Shown one piece after another: positions 12,510 to 26,152 of a stretch of DNA of 64,000 bases (positions are counted from its first letter, which is position 1; each line of letters starts with the position of its first letter). The translations under genes and the position numbers were made by a program. The stretch lies in NCBI RefSeq assembly GCF_006345805.1, contig NC_043001.1, forward strand, positions 79,608,001-79,672,000. The letters run 5' to 3'. The stretch comes from Octopus sinensis. Lineage: Eukaryota. The notes beneath the pieces are model-generated. The model was given only the letters and a program-made list of their open reading frames with translations, was not told where the DNA came from and did no database searches.

Positions 12510-12803
12510 AACCCATTTATCAACCCTATTATCTCCCCTTATTTCGCTCTCGCGTCTCATGTTTGATCTTTGACCTCTGGCCGAAATCAGATCGCCATGT
12601 TGATTCGTTAGCTACTGCACGCATTTTTTTTCTCTCCTTCTTTCTGTGTTTTTCTCTCTCTGTGTATCTTTCTGTTGAAGAGCGTAGGCTCGAAACGTTA
12701 AAGACTTGTTTTATTTATATTTCCTGAGCGCCATACTAATACAATTGTTCGTTTGTTTTCCACCTGCCTTCGTCTTTTGTTTATTTTCATAAAGCTTCCC
12801 GTT
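12510..12803 (+). mobile_element. Interspersed element carrying an HHR-like motif with a core variant
   Basis: Near-identical reverse copies at 18563-18845 and 49129-49340; a diverged copy at 45240-45361. Confidence 0.8.
12667..12704 (+). ncRNA. Minimal HHR-like motif with non-canonical core (CUGUUGA)
   Basis: TCTTT-CTGTTGA-A-GAGC-GTAG-GCTC-GAAA-CG-T-T-AAAGA. All three helices pair; A6 is replaced. Confidence 0.55.
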
Positions 12804-13419
12804 ACATACACATACATACATACATACATACATACATGGTCTAGCGGTTAGCTTTTATACTTACGATCGCAAGATCGTGGTTTCAACTCCCAGATTGGAT
12901 GGTGTATTGTGTTCTTGAGCAAAATACTTTATTTCATATTTCTCTAGACCACTTCTAAACCTGACACAGTGTACATTTTCAGACAACGTCGATGTGATAG
13001 AGGGAATGAGCTAATGTGCCGGCATGAACATTTGATCACTATAAACAAATCATTTCTGCAAGTCGTTGTGTATCTTGAACGCTTATACTTAGTCTTTGAT
13101 GGGAGAGTCCATCATATATATACGCATCTATATGTGATTGCATTTGTGTTTATGCTTGTACCCACCACCGCTTGACAAATGGTATCGGCTTATTTACAAA
13201 CCTGCAGCTTAGTGGTTTAGGAAAAGAAAGGGCTCCAATAATTCGTAGGCTTTACAATAAGAACAGGATTTTACAATAGGAACAGAGTCGATTTGTTCGA
13301 CTAAAATCTTTCAAGGAGCCACCTCAGCATGACTGCAGTATAATGACTAGAACAAGCAAAGGAATGATAAAGATAAACGCTACAATCTCTTGTCAGCATC
13401 ATTAGTAGGATAGGTAAAT

Positions 13420-14130
13420 GAGAAATAACAGAGTCAAAACACCGTATGTCCCAAAGTTACCTTACTCTAAGCAATTGAGTGTTTTATAAACTGACAAAAT
13501 ATAACAACGACTAGTATCTTCGCGTCCAAATCTACCCAAACACATAAAGAATATGTATGTATACTGTCGGTCATAAATTCAAGTGATAAGTAATATAGCA
13601 GCATTACAGCAAACACAGCATGAATGAATTAATGAAAGGTACTGGATATACGAAGACGAGAGAAAATTAAAATCATAAAATTAAACTCATGATATGAGAT
13701 GAGGAATATTCAAAGGAGACGTTCTCTTTCTGCTCTTGTTTTATCGGTCATAAACAGGTTAAACTAATACTCAGGAACAGATTCAGCACATATTGAAATG
13801 CTTTCGGCGGATTATCTATCTTCTGCTGCAAATAAATCACCACTAAACTTAATAAACGGCTGCAAGCACCGTTACAGATAGCTGCTGGATTTAGCAGAGT
13901 AACAATTTATATATTACTCGGTTAGGGAATTATTAGAAGACGACCTTTAAAAGTGAAAAGTCAATTAAAAAAAGATTATCTTGGATAGGAAAATAAACAA
14001 AAGAGCATTAGACATAACAGATACTTGTAAACACTTAGGAGTTAACGAAGTAAACAAAATACAAAACAGGAAAATGTAAGAAAAGGTTACAAAATCATAT
14101 TAAAGAAGCAATAGATTAATACTTAAGTCT
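13420..14130 (+). mobile_element. Highly decayed Dong/R4-like RT fragment
   Basis: Remnants EDDL and TCKHLGVNEVNKIQNRKM...LILKS resemble YKYLGVIEGNGIRHSEMKE...AILKTELN of the intact element. Confidence 0.45.
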
Positions 14131-14205
14131 TCGATAAGTGCCAGGAGGAAGAAAATCGATACGTGTGCGTGTATACAAGTATATCCACCAATATATATTT
14201 ATATG

Positions 14206-14251
<46 letters not shown>

Positions 14252-14616
14252 ATATATATATATATATTATATATATATATATATACACCTACATAAATAT
14301 ATGCATATACACATACATATATTGACATAATTGCATATATATGTATATACATATGCATATTTGAGTACAGAAAGCCAAAAGATGTAAGCAACGTGAAATA
14401 CGAAATACGAAAAGCTGGAATAGGAACTTTTTTTGCGAACAGCGAAAAAAACAAATGGAAAACAAGACAAATAACATAAAGAACGACCGTTCATCAGATG
14501 TCAGCTATTTTATCAACTCCACTTTTCGAGCAATTACGACACACGCATATTTGTGTGTATATACATATATATATATGCTTATGTACGTATGCACACACAC
14601 ACACACACGCACACTT

Positions 14617-14651
<35 letters not shown>

Positions 14652-15153
14652 CATAAACTGAGAATGTCAAATTATTGTTTTCAAAATTTCAGCCTATGGT
14701 CAGCAATTTCGTTGGGCACTCGATTTCATAAAATCCAGTGTTCCCCTGGTACTTATTCTGTCGTTCCAGAAAGGATGAGTGGCAATGTCAAACTCGACGG
14801 GATTTGAACTCAGAAGGGGAAGACAAACGAAATACCACTAAGCATCTTGCTGGGTGTGCTAACGATTCTGTCATCACGACGCCTAAGTGAATGTCAGTTT
14901 ATTACAAGGGGATTTTAAATCTCATTTTGGCATGAATGTGTTTACGTATAATGAATACCTCCTGAGTTTTAATATCCAATGTTACTTTAAAACACTTTGT
15001 ATCTTGAAGGGCATCGTTTAATTTCTCTCCCTTTACAAAGACGATAAGGAGATTTGGTTGTTAGTTTTTTTGCGTGACATGTTACCATATAAAATATTCA
15101 TTGTTGGACTTCAACAGTTCACGACTGAAATTCACTTATATATATATATGTGT

Positions 15154-15242
<89 letters not shown>

Positions 15243-16064
15243 CTCAACTTGTGTGTCTGTGTGTGTATCTTTGTGTGTGTCTGTGTGTTTAACTTCCCGG
15301 CACATATCCTAGCCAACAAATCGTAAAATGACTCACTTAAAGTTTAGGCGAATGAAAATTGAACTGCGCTATTTCTGTTCCGAAATTCATCTCGCAAGTG
15401 CAAAAATCGATAGTGTATTTGTTTAGGCCTTATCCCATGCATTGAACAGTGAACTTTACTCAGTCAACTGTTTGACGTGAACTGTGTTCACCACGCGTGC
15501 AAGCATGCGTAAATTGCATGAAAAATAAAAAATCAAGATATAAAAACGAATCGCCGTAAACATTGTAGAAATTCGGCAAAGAAATGAATTTTCGGGATGT
15601 AGCCTGGAGTTTTTTTTCGTATTAATCGTTTGGACTTTGTGAACACATACCAATTGTTTTCATAACATTTTTAACGCTTTGAATTAAATGTGACCATTTT
15701 GCGTTGAGTCTGCAGTTTAAATCACTTAAACAAAAAACTAAATCACTTTAGCAGGCCAGATTTTTGATCATCACGATACATCGCCAGCGACTCCCTGTAA
15801 TTCTCCCCTGAAATCCCCGTTGAGAAATACTGATCTAAAAGAATAATTCAACAATGCAATTATTTAATCAACAAAAATTTATGAAACGCTTTTACGTACT
15901 TCCTATTGAGGAAATGGAACACATAAGCGCAAAAATAGAGGGCATTAAATGCTTGATTTTAAAACCAAAATAATTGAATTTTGATTGAACTTCATCCAAG
16001 TTTAGCTTAATTCGCGCGTGCATAGGACGCACGAGCGCACGAGGCGGGCAATACTGCTAGTATT

Positions 16065-16135
<71 letters not shown>

Positions 16136-16141
16136 ATTTTA

Positions 16142-16189
<48 letters not shown>

Positions 16190-16960
16190 GTATATATATA
16201 TATGAATTTTTTGTGTGTAATGAGATAAAAAAAACAAGGCTGTATAGATATTAGAGCATTTATAGATAGAAGCTCTTACACCTGTTGCTAGAATATTAAT
16301 TAATAATAATATCTCTTCATCGGAGACGGTGTGAGAGGAAAAGTTAAGTCATAGTTAGCTTCGATGTCATATAACTAAAGTGTGAGGTGGAGGAAAGAAA
16401 ATAGATGTAAGATATGTATGCTTTCTGAGTTCATAAATCCGTTTTATAGGCATAATGGTATATATGTGTATTATTCCAATATCCTTTGAGTAAAATCCAA
16501 AAGTCCAACAGAGTTTAATATGAGTCCATCCAAATGTAAAGTTTATAAGCAATGCAAGATTCTCTTAAAGTTGTTCCTTCCCAGTAGGGAATTTATATAG
16601 AATGTAGCAGATTCGAGGTTTGTGTTCAGCTGACCTAGAAATAGGGAGTGTATTAGTTTGGTCAAATTGAAAATAGGAAGATAGGAATGACAAAAAAAAA
16701 GAGGTAAACAGAGGAGAGAGAGAATGAATTAAAGAGAAAGAAGAAAGAAGATCAGTAAAAAACCAAAATAAAGAAAAAAACCCTGAATGTATGAATAAAT
16801 AGAATAAGGAAAAGAATAAAGAAAAATTAAGATATAGGTTGGTCAGTGGTCAGTGGAGGTAGTTTGGAAGTAGGAGTGGGGATAGAGAGAGAAAGGTATT
16901 ATAGTATAAATGATAGAGGAATGGGGGTGTTAAAAGGTAGAGGAAATATTAAGTGTAGTA

Positions 16961-17306
16961 AGGGTAAAGGTAAAGACCCCCTTCGGTCATGAATGACCAT
17001 GGGATTGCACCTAGAAAGTTACCCTCCTAGACACAAGACCGGGTGAGGTTGTTTATGGAAGACCAGCAGTCGCCCATGCATATCAGCCTCCCCTCTCCAC
17101 GCCACCAATGTTATCCAAGGGAAAGACGAAGGTCGATACAGCTTGGCACCAGTGACGTCGCAACTCATTTCTACAGCTGAGTGAACTGGAGCAGCGTGAA
17201 ATAAAGTGCCTTGCTCAAGAACACAACACGCAGCCCGGTCCGGGATTCGAGCTCACAACCTCACGATCGTAAGCTCGACGCTCTAACCACTGAGCCATGC
17301 GCCTTC
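16961..17306 (-). mobile_element. Full-length tRNA-derived SINE with 13-bp target-site duplication
   Basis: Minus head GGCGCATGGCTCAGTGGTTAGAGCG...GAGCTCGAATCCC; (TTTACC)-like tail; TSD ATTAAGTGTAGTA at 16948-16960 and 17307-17319. Confidence 0.9.
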
Positions 17307-18384
17307 ATTAAGTGTAGTAGTAGCTTTTAATTGAGAGGCAAATATATGAAGAATTAAGGAAATAGTAGTGTTAATTATTCTGAAAAAATATTTGTGAAGA
17401 TGTATATACATGTATATCAGATAAATTATAGAGATATATATCAAGTCTGGCTTCTGTCCTTAATGGTTAATACATACGTTTGGTATTTGGTATCAATGTA
17501 GAGCTTACAACAGACGCTTTAGTCTTTTAGACAGACAGAGTTTGTTTCCAAGTCCATCCACGTTTTACTCACATATTAAAGAGTGTTTATTAATGATCAA
17601 TTCACTATAAACATAAATTAAATTTCTTTTACTTTTTTATTTAAAATGTGAAATTATTCTTAACTTAATTATGATATGAAATATATATAACTCCAAATGA
17701 TTAATATTGGAAGAACTAATAAAAAAAATACTGTTAAAATATATCTAATTAGTGTATTTTGATAAACCAACACGATGTAAACAAATTTTATTAAATATCT
17801 TTTTGGATAATGGAAGTTAAAATTAAATATATTGAATAGAAGAGAAAACCATAGAGCTTTTCAGTGTCATTTCATTTTCAAACTTAAATTTTTCATGGAT
17901 GTCTTTGCGTATTTCCTCATATTTCGCCTCTAAGTTTGCTTATATTTTATATTTATTTGTAATTTATATTTTCAAGATTTTTCCAGCATGAGCTCATGTA
18001 ATTCTAACGTTTATTAAAATGAAAATTATAACTGAAATTAAATAATAATTAACATTTACATTTATCTTAAGTTAAAAGTAAATAAACTCGTAATTTGAAG
18101 CAAAAAAAGAAATAATTATTTATAACATTATTCATAGCAGAGGCATAACTTCACATATTTGTGACTAAAGAAGTGTTGATTAGTATAATATTTGTACTGG
18201 ACAGTTCTGATTTAGTCCATCCCACGATGATGGGAACATCCAAATTTGATATGAACAGAAAGACTATGAGCTCCAAACTGTATATGCAACTTCAGGAGTT
18301 CCACTCCTGATCTCATTGCTGCGATTTAGTCACAGCCTCGTGTGAGGCAATGACTTGCAAAGGGAATTTGATAAACAGATGTTA

Positions 18385-18443
<59 letters not shown>

Positions 18444-18509
18444 GTGTGTGTGTGGTGTGTGTGTGTGTGTACACTCACATATTCACACACAAATATTTGC
18501 GCCCAGGCA

Positions 18510-18562
<53 letters not shown>

Positions 18563-18565
<3 letters not shown>

Positions 18566-18844
18566 CGGGAAGCTTTATGAAAATAAACAAAAGACGAAGG
18601 CAGGTGGAAAACAAACGAACAATTGTATTAGTATGGCGCTCAGGAAATATAAATAAAACAAGTCTTTAACGTTTCGAGCCTACGCTCTTCAACAGAAAGA
18701 TACACAGAGAGAGAAAAACACAGAAAGAGAGAAAAAAAATGCGTGCAGTAGCTAACGAATCAACATGGCGATCTGATTTCGGCCAGAGGTCAAAGATCAA
18801 ACATGAGACGCGAGAGCGAAATAAGGGGAGATAATAGGGCTGAT

Positions 18845-18845
<1 letters not shown>
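18563..18845 (-). mobile_element. Copy of the 12510-12803 element (HHR-like motif at 18663-18700)
   Basis: Reverse complement match; abuts (TA)n. Confidence 0.8.
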
Positions 18846-18879
<34 letters not shown>

Positions 18880-19005
18880 TATATATATATGCATAAGTGT
18901 GTGTGCGTGTATTTAAACCTATGTATGTATATATGTATGTATGTATGTATCTATATATCTATCTATTTATCTATCTATTTGCATGTGTGGGTGTGTGTAT
19001 ACATG

Positions 19006-19091
<86 letters not shown>

Positions 19092-19094
19092 TAT

Positions 19095-19257
19095 ATGTAC
19101 ATTATTTGCATTATTTACATTTGACGGATATTTGTCCTCATCCTGTTTGTTGTTAATACGACGTTTTGGCTGATATACCCTCCAGCCTTCATCGGAATCA
19201 TGGGGTTAGTAACCCGCGCTCTTAGCCACCTTGCCTGAGTTCGATTCCAAGCGGCGA

Positions 19258-19334
<77 letters not shown>

Positions 19335-19515
19335 TAACGTCAAAAAATACCTTAGGAATGACAACCCAGATTCGAAAATTTTCCAAGACACCTGATGAAG
19401 GCTGGAGGGTATATCAGCCGAAATGTTGTGTTAAGAACAAACAAGATGAGGAAAAATATCCGTCAAATGTAGATAATGTAAATAATGTACATAATTCCTC
19501 ATCTCTTAAATAAAT
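19095..19515. mobile_element. Divergent inverted pair of a short HHR-bearing element around a (TAA)n tract
   Basis: 19095-19197 is reverse-complementary to about 19390-19492. Confidence 0.75.
19388..19431 (+). ncRNA. Minimal HHR motif with an extra A after A9
   Basis: ACAC-CTGATGA-A-GGCTG-(10 nt)-CAGCC-GAAA-TG-T-T-GTGT. Sister copies have GAAACG. Confidence 0.65.
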
Positions 19516-19517
19516 AA

Positions 19518-19554
<37 letters not shown>

Positions 19555-19971
19555 GAGTCAAAAATCATTGAAAATGTGGCAACTATCAACAAAAAGAGCT
19601 TTCATAAACAAAAACAAAACAAATAACTTACTGTTTAACCAAATTAAACAATCGATTAGCGAGCTGGATGATACACCAATTGACTAAGAGTAAAGGAGTG
19701 CAATTGAACTAGTGCGTATGTTAATAATATTGGCATAATGACTCTCCGTAGGCATAACAATTTTTTTTCGAAGCACGAATTCACATAAAGTGTCTTGCAA
19801 ACCAGATACAAAAATGAAATATTTATTTAGATCAGATTCACGCATTTATTGCAGCTGTGTTCCAGTCTTTCTGTTTTTCTAAGCCCTGTAAAAAGATTTC
19901 GGAAGTTTGGGCCTCCAGCTAGGCCTCACGCGATACCCTCACCGTTAGGAAACTTTCAGTGACATCTTATA

Positions 19972-20197
19972 TATTTGTGTGTGTGTTGGCTGTGTGGTAA
20001 GTAGCTTGGTTACGAACTACATGGTTCCGGGTTCACACCCATTGCGAGGCACCTTGGACAAGTGCCTTCTGCATTGGGCCGACCAATGCCTTGTGAGTGG
20101 ATTTGGTGGACGAAAACTGAAAGAAGCCCATCATATATGTGCATACATATATATATATATATATATATAATATATATATATATGTGTGTGTGTGTGT

Positions 20198-20254
<57 letters not shown>

Positions 20255-20470
20255 TGTGTGTTTGTGTGTCTGTGTTTGTCCCCCCAACATCGCTGACAAG
20301 CGATGCTGGTGTGTTTACGGCCCCGTAACTTAGTGGTTCGGCACAAGAGACCGATAGAATAAGTACCAGGTTTACAAAGAATAAGTCCTGGGGTTGATTT
20401 GCTTGACTAAAGGTGGTGCTCCAGCATGGCCGCAGTCAATGGCTGAAACAAGTAAAGGAGTAAAAAGTGT
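19972..20470 (+). mobile_element. SINE family A copy
   Basis: Same head, microsatellite and tail organisation; ends GAAACAAGTAAAGGAG. Confidence 0.85.
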
Positions 20471-20483
20471 AAAGAGTATATGT

Positions 20484-20516
<33 letters not shown>

Positions 20517-21163
20517 TTGTGTGTGTTTGTACAGATATAGATGTAGACAACATAGACAAACGTATACATTATAAATGCACACAATAAGTAACACTTATTT
20601 AATATGTATGTCATTACTTGTGTGCGTGTGTGTGAGTGGCTTAACACATAAACTTGAACATAAGTGAAGAGAGGTCAATTAAGCATACATCAAGTAATTA
20701 GTCCTATTCGTCAAAAAGCTCATTATTCATGATTTCACACTCATTGTACTCGCATCGCTCTAATAGAAGTCGTCTGGCACTTAGTGTGCCTTGTTTTTTT
20801 TCTTTATATAACCTTTATTTCTTCAGTCTATACCGGAGCCCATATCCTGTGAATGACTTTAAACCACATGCCATAGTAGGTCCTGTATGAAGTGTTCTAG
20901 GGTTCTACGTACTTAGAACCTCCTTTTGGCCACTGTTGTTCCCAGGTGTACTATGATATAGAGTAGTTACACTTGATAGACTTCCGGCTATACTTTAGAT
21001 AGCATGTTATTGGAGAAATACGAATTACATCACTACCTTGTGAATGCAATGGCAAAATAAAGAAGATGAGTCCTTCAGGCGGTCAGATGCTCGTTCTGAT
21101 AATCTTTCCGTCAACACCAGGGTCGGTGTGATTCCCTTTCCTTGTGAGGCAATTTGCCTAGAA

Positions 21164-21444
21164 CAGCAGTTCTCAGCTGGGGTCCCTATGACCATTGTGG
21201 GTTTATATGGATCTTAGGGGTTCGTATAAGATTAGATTTAGATAATAGAATTTATGTGTAATAAATTTCTTATATTCTATGACATACAAAATATTTTAAT
21301 ATTTTATTATGCAATTGCTAATAACATTTGATTATTAATATACAGCAGGTTGTTTTTATATAAAAATCAAATAGATATGGAGGTCCTGTAGCGCATAATA
21401 CGAATCAACGTGGTCTATGGGCAAAAAATGGTTAAGAGTCACTG
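21164..21444. mobile_element. hAT/Charlie-like MITE
   Basis: Termini CAGCAGTTCTCAGC and GGTTAAGAGTCACTG resemble Charlie TIRs. The left flank is CCTAGAA; no clean TSD. Confidence 0.5.
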
Positions 21445-21714
21445 ACCAATAAGAAAGCCACTCCAATGTAGAAAATGCAGCTTGCTGGTCATCGCAGACA
21501 TCGTAGCCCGCTAAGCCTCAATGTGGGCATCCGCCTTATCGCGCTGAGTGGGATTTGATTGCGTAGACTGACCCTTGCTTTAAAATCACTAATTGCAGGC
21601 AGAACATAAAGCCATACAGCGTCACGAAGAAACCGCCATTATCATATATCATACTGGAAACTCCAGTACGGACTGGAGTTGAATGTTTTATCTGATTATT
21701 ATTAATGACCAAAA

Positions 21715-21880
21715 TTGGCGGCGAGCTAGCAAAATCATTAGCACGCCGGCTGTAATGCTTAGCGGCATTTCGTCCGTCTTTACGTTCTGAGTTCAAATTA
21801 AGTACCACAGAATCACTTGGGTCGCTGTAATCGACATGATCCCTACCCCCATATTTCAGGCCTTCCGTCTTTGGTAGAAG
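21715..21880 (-). mobile_element. tRNA-derived SINE family B copy
   Basis: This stretch contains GGCGAGCTAGCAAAATCATTAGCACGCC...GAGTTCAAAT homologous to 40615-40848, followed by a fragment of the tail. The head actually reads on + from 21717; internal deletion present. Confidence 0.6.
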
Positions 21881-23399
21881 GAATTTTCACGAATGGAAAA
21901 TATTATGATAACGTATTTGTTTAGAAAGAGCTAACTAGGATTTAGCAACAACTTCCACAACAACATCAATAATAATGACAACGACTGTTCCCATGATATT
22001 CATGCAAATATATCCATGGAAGTTGGACTTTTTATGGTAAACACACGAAAACAAAATATTTCTTTGTATTATAGGCGCAGGACCTGATATTTGAAGGAAA
22101 GTCGTTTGTCATGGTGCTCGATTAGTTCTAATTTTATCGACCCCAAAATAATGTAAGACAAAGTTGACTTTGGTGGGATTTGAACTTAGAACGAAAAGTT
22201 AGAAGAAACACCGTGAAACATTTTCTTTGACACGCTAAAGATTCTACCACCTCGTCGCACTCCAAGACAAAATGTTCCTCAAGACAATAGGGAAAATATT
22301 TACGTGGGAAATATAAATGCTAGGAATAGCAAGTATATCTCTTTTAAATAATACTTTACGTTTAAATAAAAAAAAAAAAATGTCCCTTTAAATATCATCG
22401 TATTACATTCTTCCAACAAGATGAGATTGTCAGTTAGAACACGTTTGATCAAATATTTAACATATCGAAGTTAACTCGGGGTATAAACAACATCAAAAAT
22501 AGCAACAACAACAACAGAAGTTTCCATGCTAAAGCACATTACACAACTAACTTTTCAAAGATAGCGTGTAACTCTCGTACCGTAAACAGATGTTTGCGGT
22601 TCATACACATTCATTAACCGTTAGCTTTCTCTCCATTGCAACAGTTAGTTTGGTACTCAAAGAGTTGAAAATATTTGTGTTCCAAAAAAGTTATGGAATT
22701 TAGCGAAAATTTCTCTTGAATCATTTAAAACGTATCTGGATGAATTAATCTTTTAGTGTCTCGAATCAGCGATCTGCAAAGGATTATAACAAGGACAAAA
22801 ATCACTTTATCCATCAGTTTGCAATGACTAAACATGATCAAACAAGAGCCTTAGAAAAAATCCGGCAAGAGATGGAGCAGTGACAAACAAGTAAAGGCGA
22901 TGCACTAGCTTGGCCGTGGTTTGTGATGACTTCAGTGACGTCAGGAATTAAAGATCTCATAAAGAAGTAATGAAAGAACTAGAATTCAGAGACCTAGATC
23001 AAGCAGAAACAAAGAAGAGAGGAATAGAAGAAAGAAGTATAAAAAAAATAAATTAAGAGAACAAACAAAAATGTAAGGAAAAGCTGGAGGGGAGAAAGGG
23101 TAAGAGACAGGAACAGGAGAGAGGGAGGTGAAAGACTAAGAGAGATTGAAAAAGAAAGGAAGGAAAATAGAAAATGAAGGAAAAGAAGAAAAAAATTAAT
23201 AATTTTCTTTGTTAAATTCTACCCACCAATATTTCCAGTCATTCGATTATGGCTGATTTCCTTCTCACAGAAAACGGTCTATCAATTTCGGTAACTTCAA
23301 AAAGCACAGGTTGATAAAGTGTCCGAAATATTGGTGGTGCATACTGCCAAATATTGGTCGGGTGGTAGTAGGGGGTAATAGTCGGTGCTAATGGAATAA

Positions 23400-24330
23400 G
23401 TCGACTGGAATGGTGATATTAGCTACATGTTTAATGAGCCAATACTAGTACCACTTCAGGTGATGGTGGTGGTTGAGGTGGTGGTAATGTTCGTGGCGGT
23501 GATGCCGTTGGTGGTGGATGTTGGTGCTGTAGTAATATATAACTTGTTGTTTGTGTTGTTGTATGTGATGTTGGTGTTAGTAGCGGCGACGGCGAAGGCG
23601 GTGACTGTATGTGTGGATATTTTGGTAGCGCTTGTATAGTGGTGGGGACATGTAGTGTCTGGTGGTGTTGCAGTTGGTTTTGTTGATGGTCGTTGTCATG
23701 GTTTTTCTTAGTGCCAGCAGAGGCGGCGCCGGAGGTGGTCGGGATAGAGGCTTTGGTGAGGATGGCGTCATAGTTGAGTCATTGATTTTCAACGTTGTTT
23801 TATGCTATTGTTGTAGTTGTTGTTCATGGTGGTGGTGGTAGTAGTGACAGTGGTAGTTGTTGTTGTGGTCACAGTAGTGGTAGTGGTGACAGTGGTGTGA
23901 AGGTGTCAGAAGTTTCAGTGGTTGTGGTCTCAGTGGTTTTCTAAAAGTGTTGCCTACAATAATGGTTCTAGCGATATCAGCGGCTTTAGCATTGATGCTG
24001 TCAGATTCGTTAATAATATTAGTAGCAGCAGCAACAGCAGTGGTAGTAGTAGTAGTAATAGTAGTAGTAGTAGTCGGCGGTGTCGTTGGTGGTGTTTGTT
24101 GTTCAATTAGTGGTGGTGGTGACGGCGATGATGGCGGTGGTGATAATAGTAATGGTAAAGGTAGTGGGGGGGGGCAACGATGGTGGTGATGGTGGTGTTG
24201 GTCCTGGTGTTGATCACAACGGTGGTGGTGATGGTGGTGGTAGTGGTCGTGGTGGTGATAATAGTGGTGGTGGTGATAGTAGTGGTAGTTACGTTGTTGT
24301 CATGTCAATGGTGGCAGCGATGGTGTTTGA
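23400..24330. repeat. Decayed (GGT/GTA/GTT)n low-complexity region
   Basis: G/T-rich trinucleotide-derived sequence that yields poly-V/G ORFs. Confidence 0.8.
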
Positions 24331-24574
24331 TAGTTTTCGTTAAAGTTTTCGTAATTATTTATTCAGTATTCATGAAATTGAAGAAATATTAGCAACTAAT
24401 CAGTGAAATAACGTATGAAGACACTAATGATTGCGTTCGTAGTAGTAGTAGTAGTAGTAGTACTAGTCCTTTTGATATTGTCCTCCATGTTTTGGGCCCT
24501 TGTGGCCTATGAAAGAAATCATCATCATCATAATCATCATCATCATCATCATCATTATTATTATTATTATTACA

Positions 24575-25006
24575 GTGGCAAGCTGGCAGAATCGTTAGCA
24601 CACAGGGCAAAATGCTTTGCGGTATTTCGTTTACAGCTAAGTCCTGAGTTCAAATTTCGCCGAGATTGGCTTTGCCTTTCATCTTTCGTGGTCGATAAAT
24701 TAGTGCTAGTTGAGTACTGGGGTCGATGTAATCGACTTAAGCCCTGCCGCCGAATTTCAGGCCTTGTGCCTATGCTAGAAAGAATTATTATTGTTATTAA
24801 GTCGCTGGAGAATCGTTAGCACGCTGGAGGAAATGCCTCGCGGTTTTTTGCCCGTCGCTACATTCTGAGGTCAAGTTCCACCGAGCTCAACTTTGCCTTT
24901 CATCTTTTCGGGTTCTATAAATTAAGTACCAGTGAAAAAATGAGGTCGATGTAATCGATTACTCTCCTCTCCCGAAATTTCAGACCCTGTGCTTATATTA
25001 GAAAGG
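24575..25006 (+). mobile_element. Two adjacent SINE family B copies
   Basis: GTGGCAAGCTGGCAGAATCGTTAGC at about 24575 and GTCGCTGGAGAATCGTTAGC at about 24800, both with a GTTCAAAT-type B box. Confidence 0.8.
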
Positions 25007-25019
25007 ATTATTATTATTA

Positions 25020-25065
<46 letters not shown>

Positions 25066-25078
25066 TATTATTATTATT

Positions 25079-25905
25079 CAGTAGTTTTATTTTTATAGCC
25101 TGCTTTCACTTCACTACCGAGCGCAGCTCTGTGTGCCTTAGGTATGTGCTGTGATTTGTTGTGATGCTCTGATGGTTATTGTATGGAAAGTGTTCTGCGT
25201 AGGATGTGTGCAGTGCCTAGTAGTGCAATTTTCTGTATGTTATATGTGTTTGTAAGTCCTGGTGATTTTGTTAAGTATTTGTCTGAATAGTTTTTTATCA
25301 TGCCTAATGCACCTACTATGATAGGAATTGTTTCTATTTTTAGATTACACATTCTAGTTACCTCTATTTCCAAGTCTTTGTATTTTGAGAGTTTCTCCAT
25401 TTCTTTTAGAGGCACGTAGTCATCAGCGGTATTGATACATCAATTAGAAAGCATTTTTTTTCTTCATGATCTTTGACAACTATATCTGGTCTGTTGGCCT
25501 TAATTTCTCTATCTGTGTGTATCGGCATATCCCAGAGTATGGTTGCTTTCTCGTTTTCTGTGACCTTTTCTGGTGTGTGCCTATACCATCTTTTTTCTGT
25601 TGTTATTCCATAATGTTGGCATAGCTTCCAATGTATGTAGGTTCCAACTCTGTCATGTCTATGAATATATTCCTTCTTAGCCAGGACTGGGCAGCTAGAG
25701 ATAGTATGATTTATTGTTTCTTGTCCATCTTCACATATTCTGCAGTTACTTGTTATATTTCTTTTCATTACATGTTTTGGGTAATTTCTGGTGGGGAGGC
25801 TTTGGTCTTGTGCTGCAATTAAAAATCCTTCTTTCTCTGTTTTGAGTCCTGAGCTTCTCAACCATTGCTGGGATTTTTCTTTGTCTATTTCTTTTGCGTT
25901 TAGTT
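25079..25905 (-). mobile_element. 5'-truncated Dong/R4-clade LINE (CCHC plus restriction-like endonuclease), second subfamily
   Basis: CRICEDGQETINHTISSC, NRPDIVVKD...FLIDVSIP, KYKDLEIE...IQKIALLGTAHILRRTLS. The 3' end runs into (TAA)n at 25007-25078. Confidence 0.9.
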
Positions 25906-25939
25906 TAGTCCAGTATTATTATTAGTCCAGTATTATTAT

Positions 25940-25940
25940 T

Positions 25941-25995
<55 letters not shown>

Positions 25996-26015
25996 ACATT
26001 ATCATCATCATCATC

Positions 26016-26048
<33 letters not shown>

Positions 26049-26097
26049 TCAACCATCATCATCATCATCATCATCATTATTATTATTATTATTATTA

Positions 26098-26131
<34 letters not shown>

Positions 26132-26152
26132 CATCATTGTTATTATTATTAT
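25940..26152. repeat. Compound (ATC)n/(ATT)n microsatellite between two R4 elements
   Basis: Direct reading. Confidence 0.95.

Noticed and set aside
25395-25430. CTGATGA...GAAA on the minus strand inside the truncated R4 element
   Set aside because: No flanking helices; it is coding sequence of the endonuclease.
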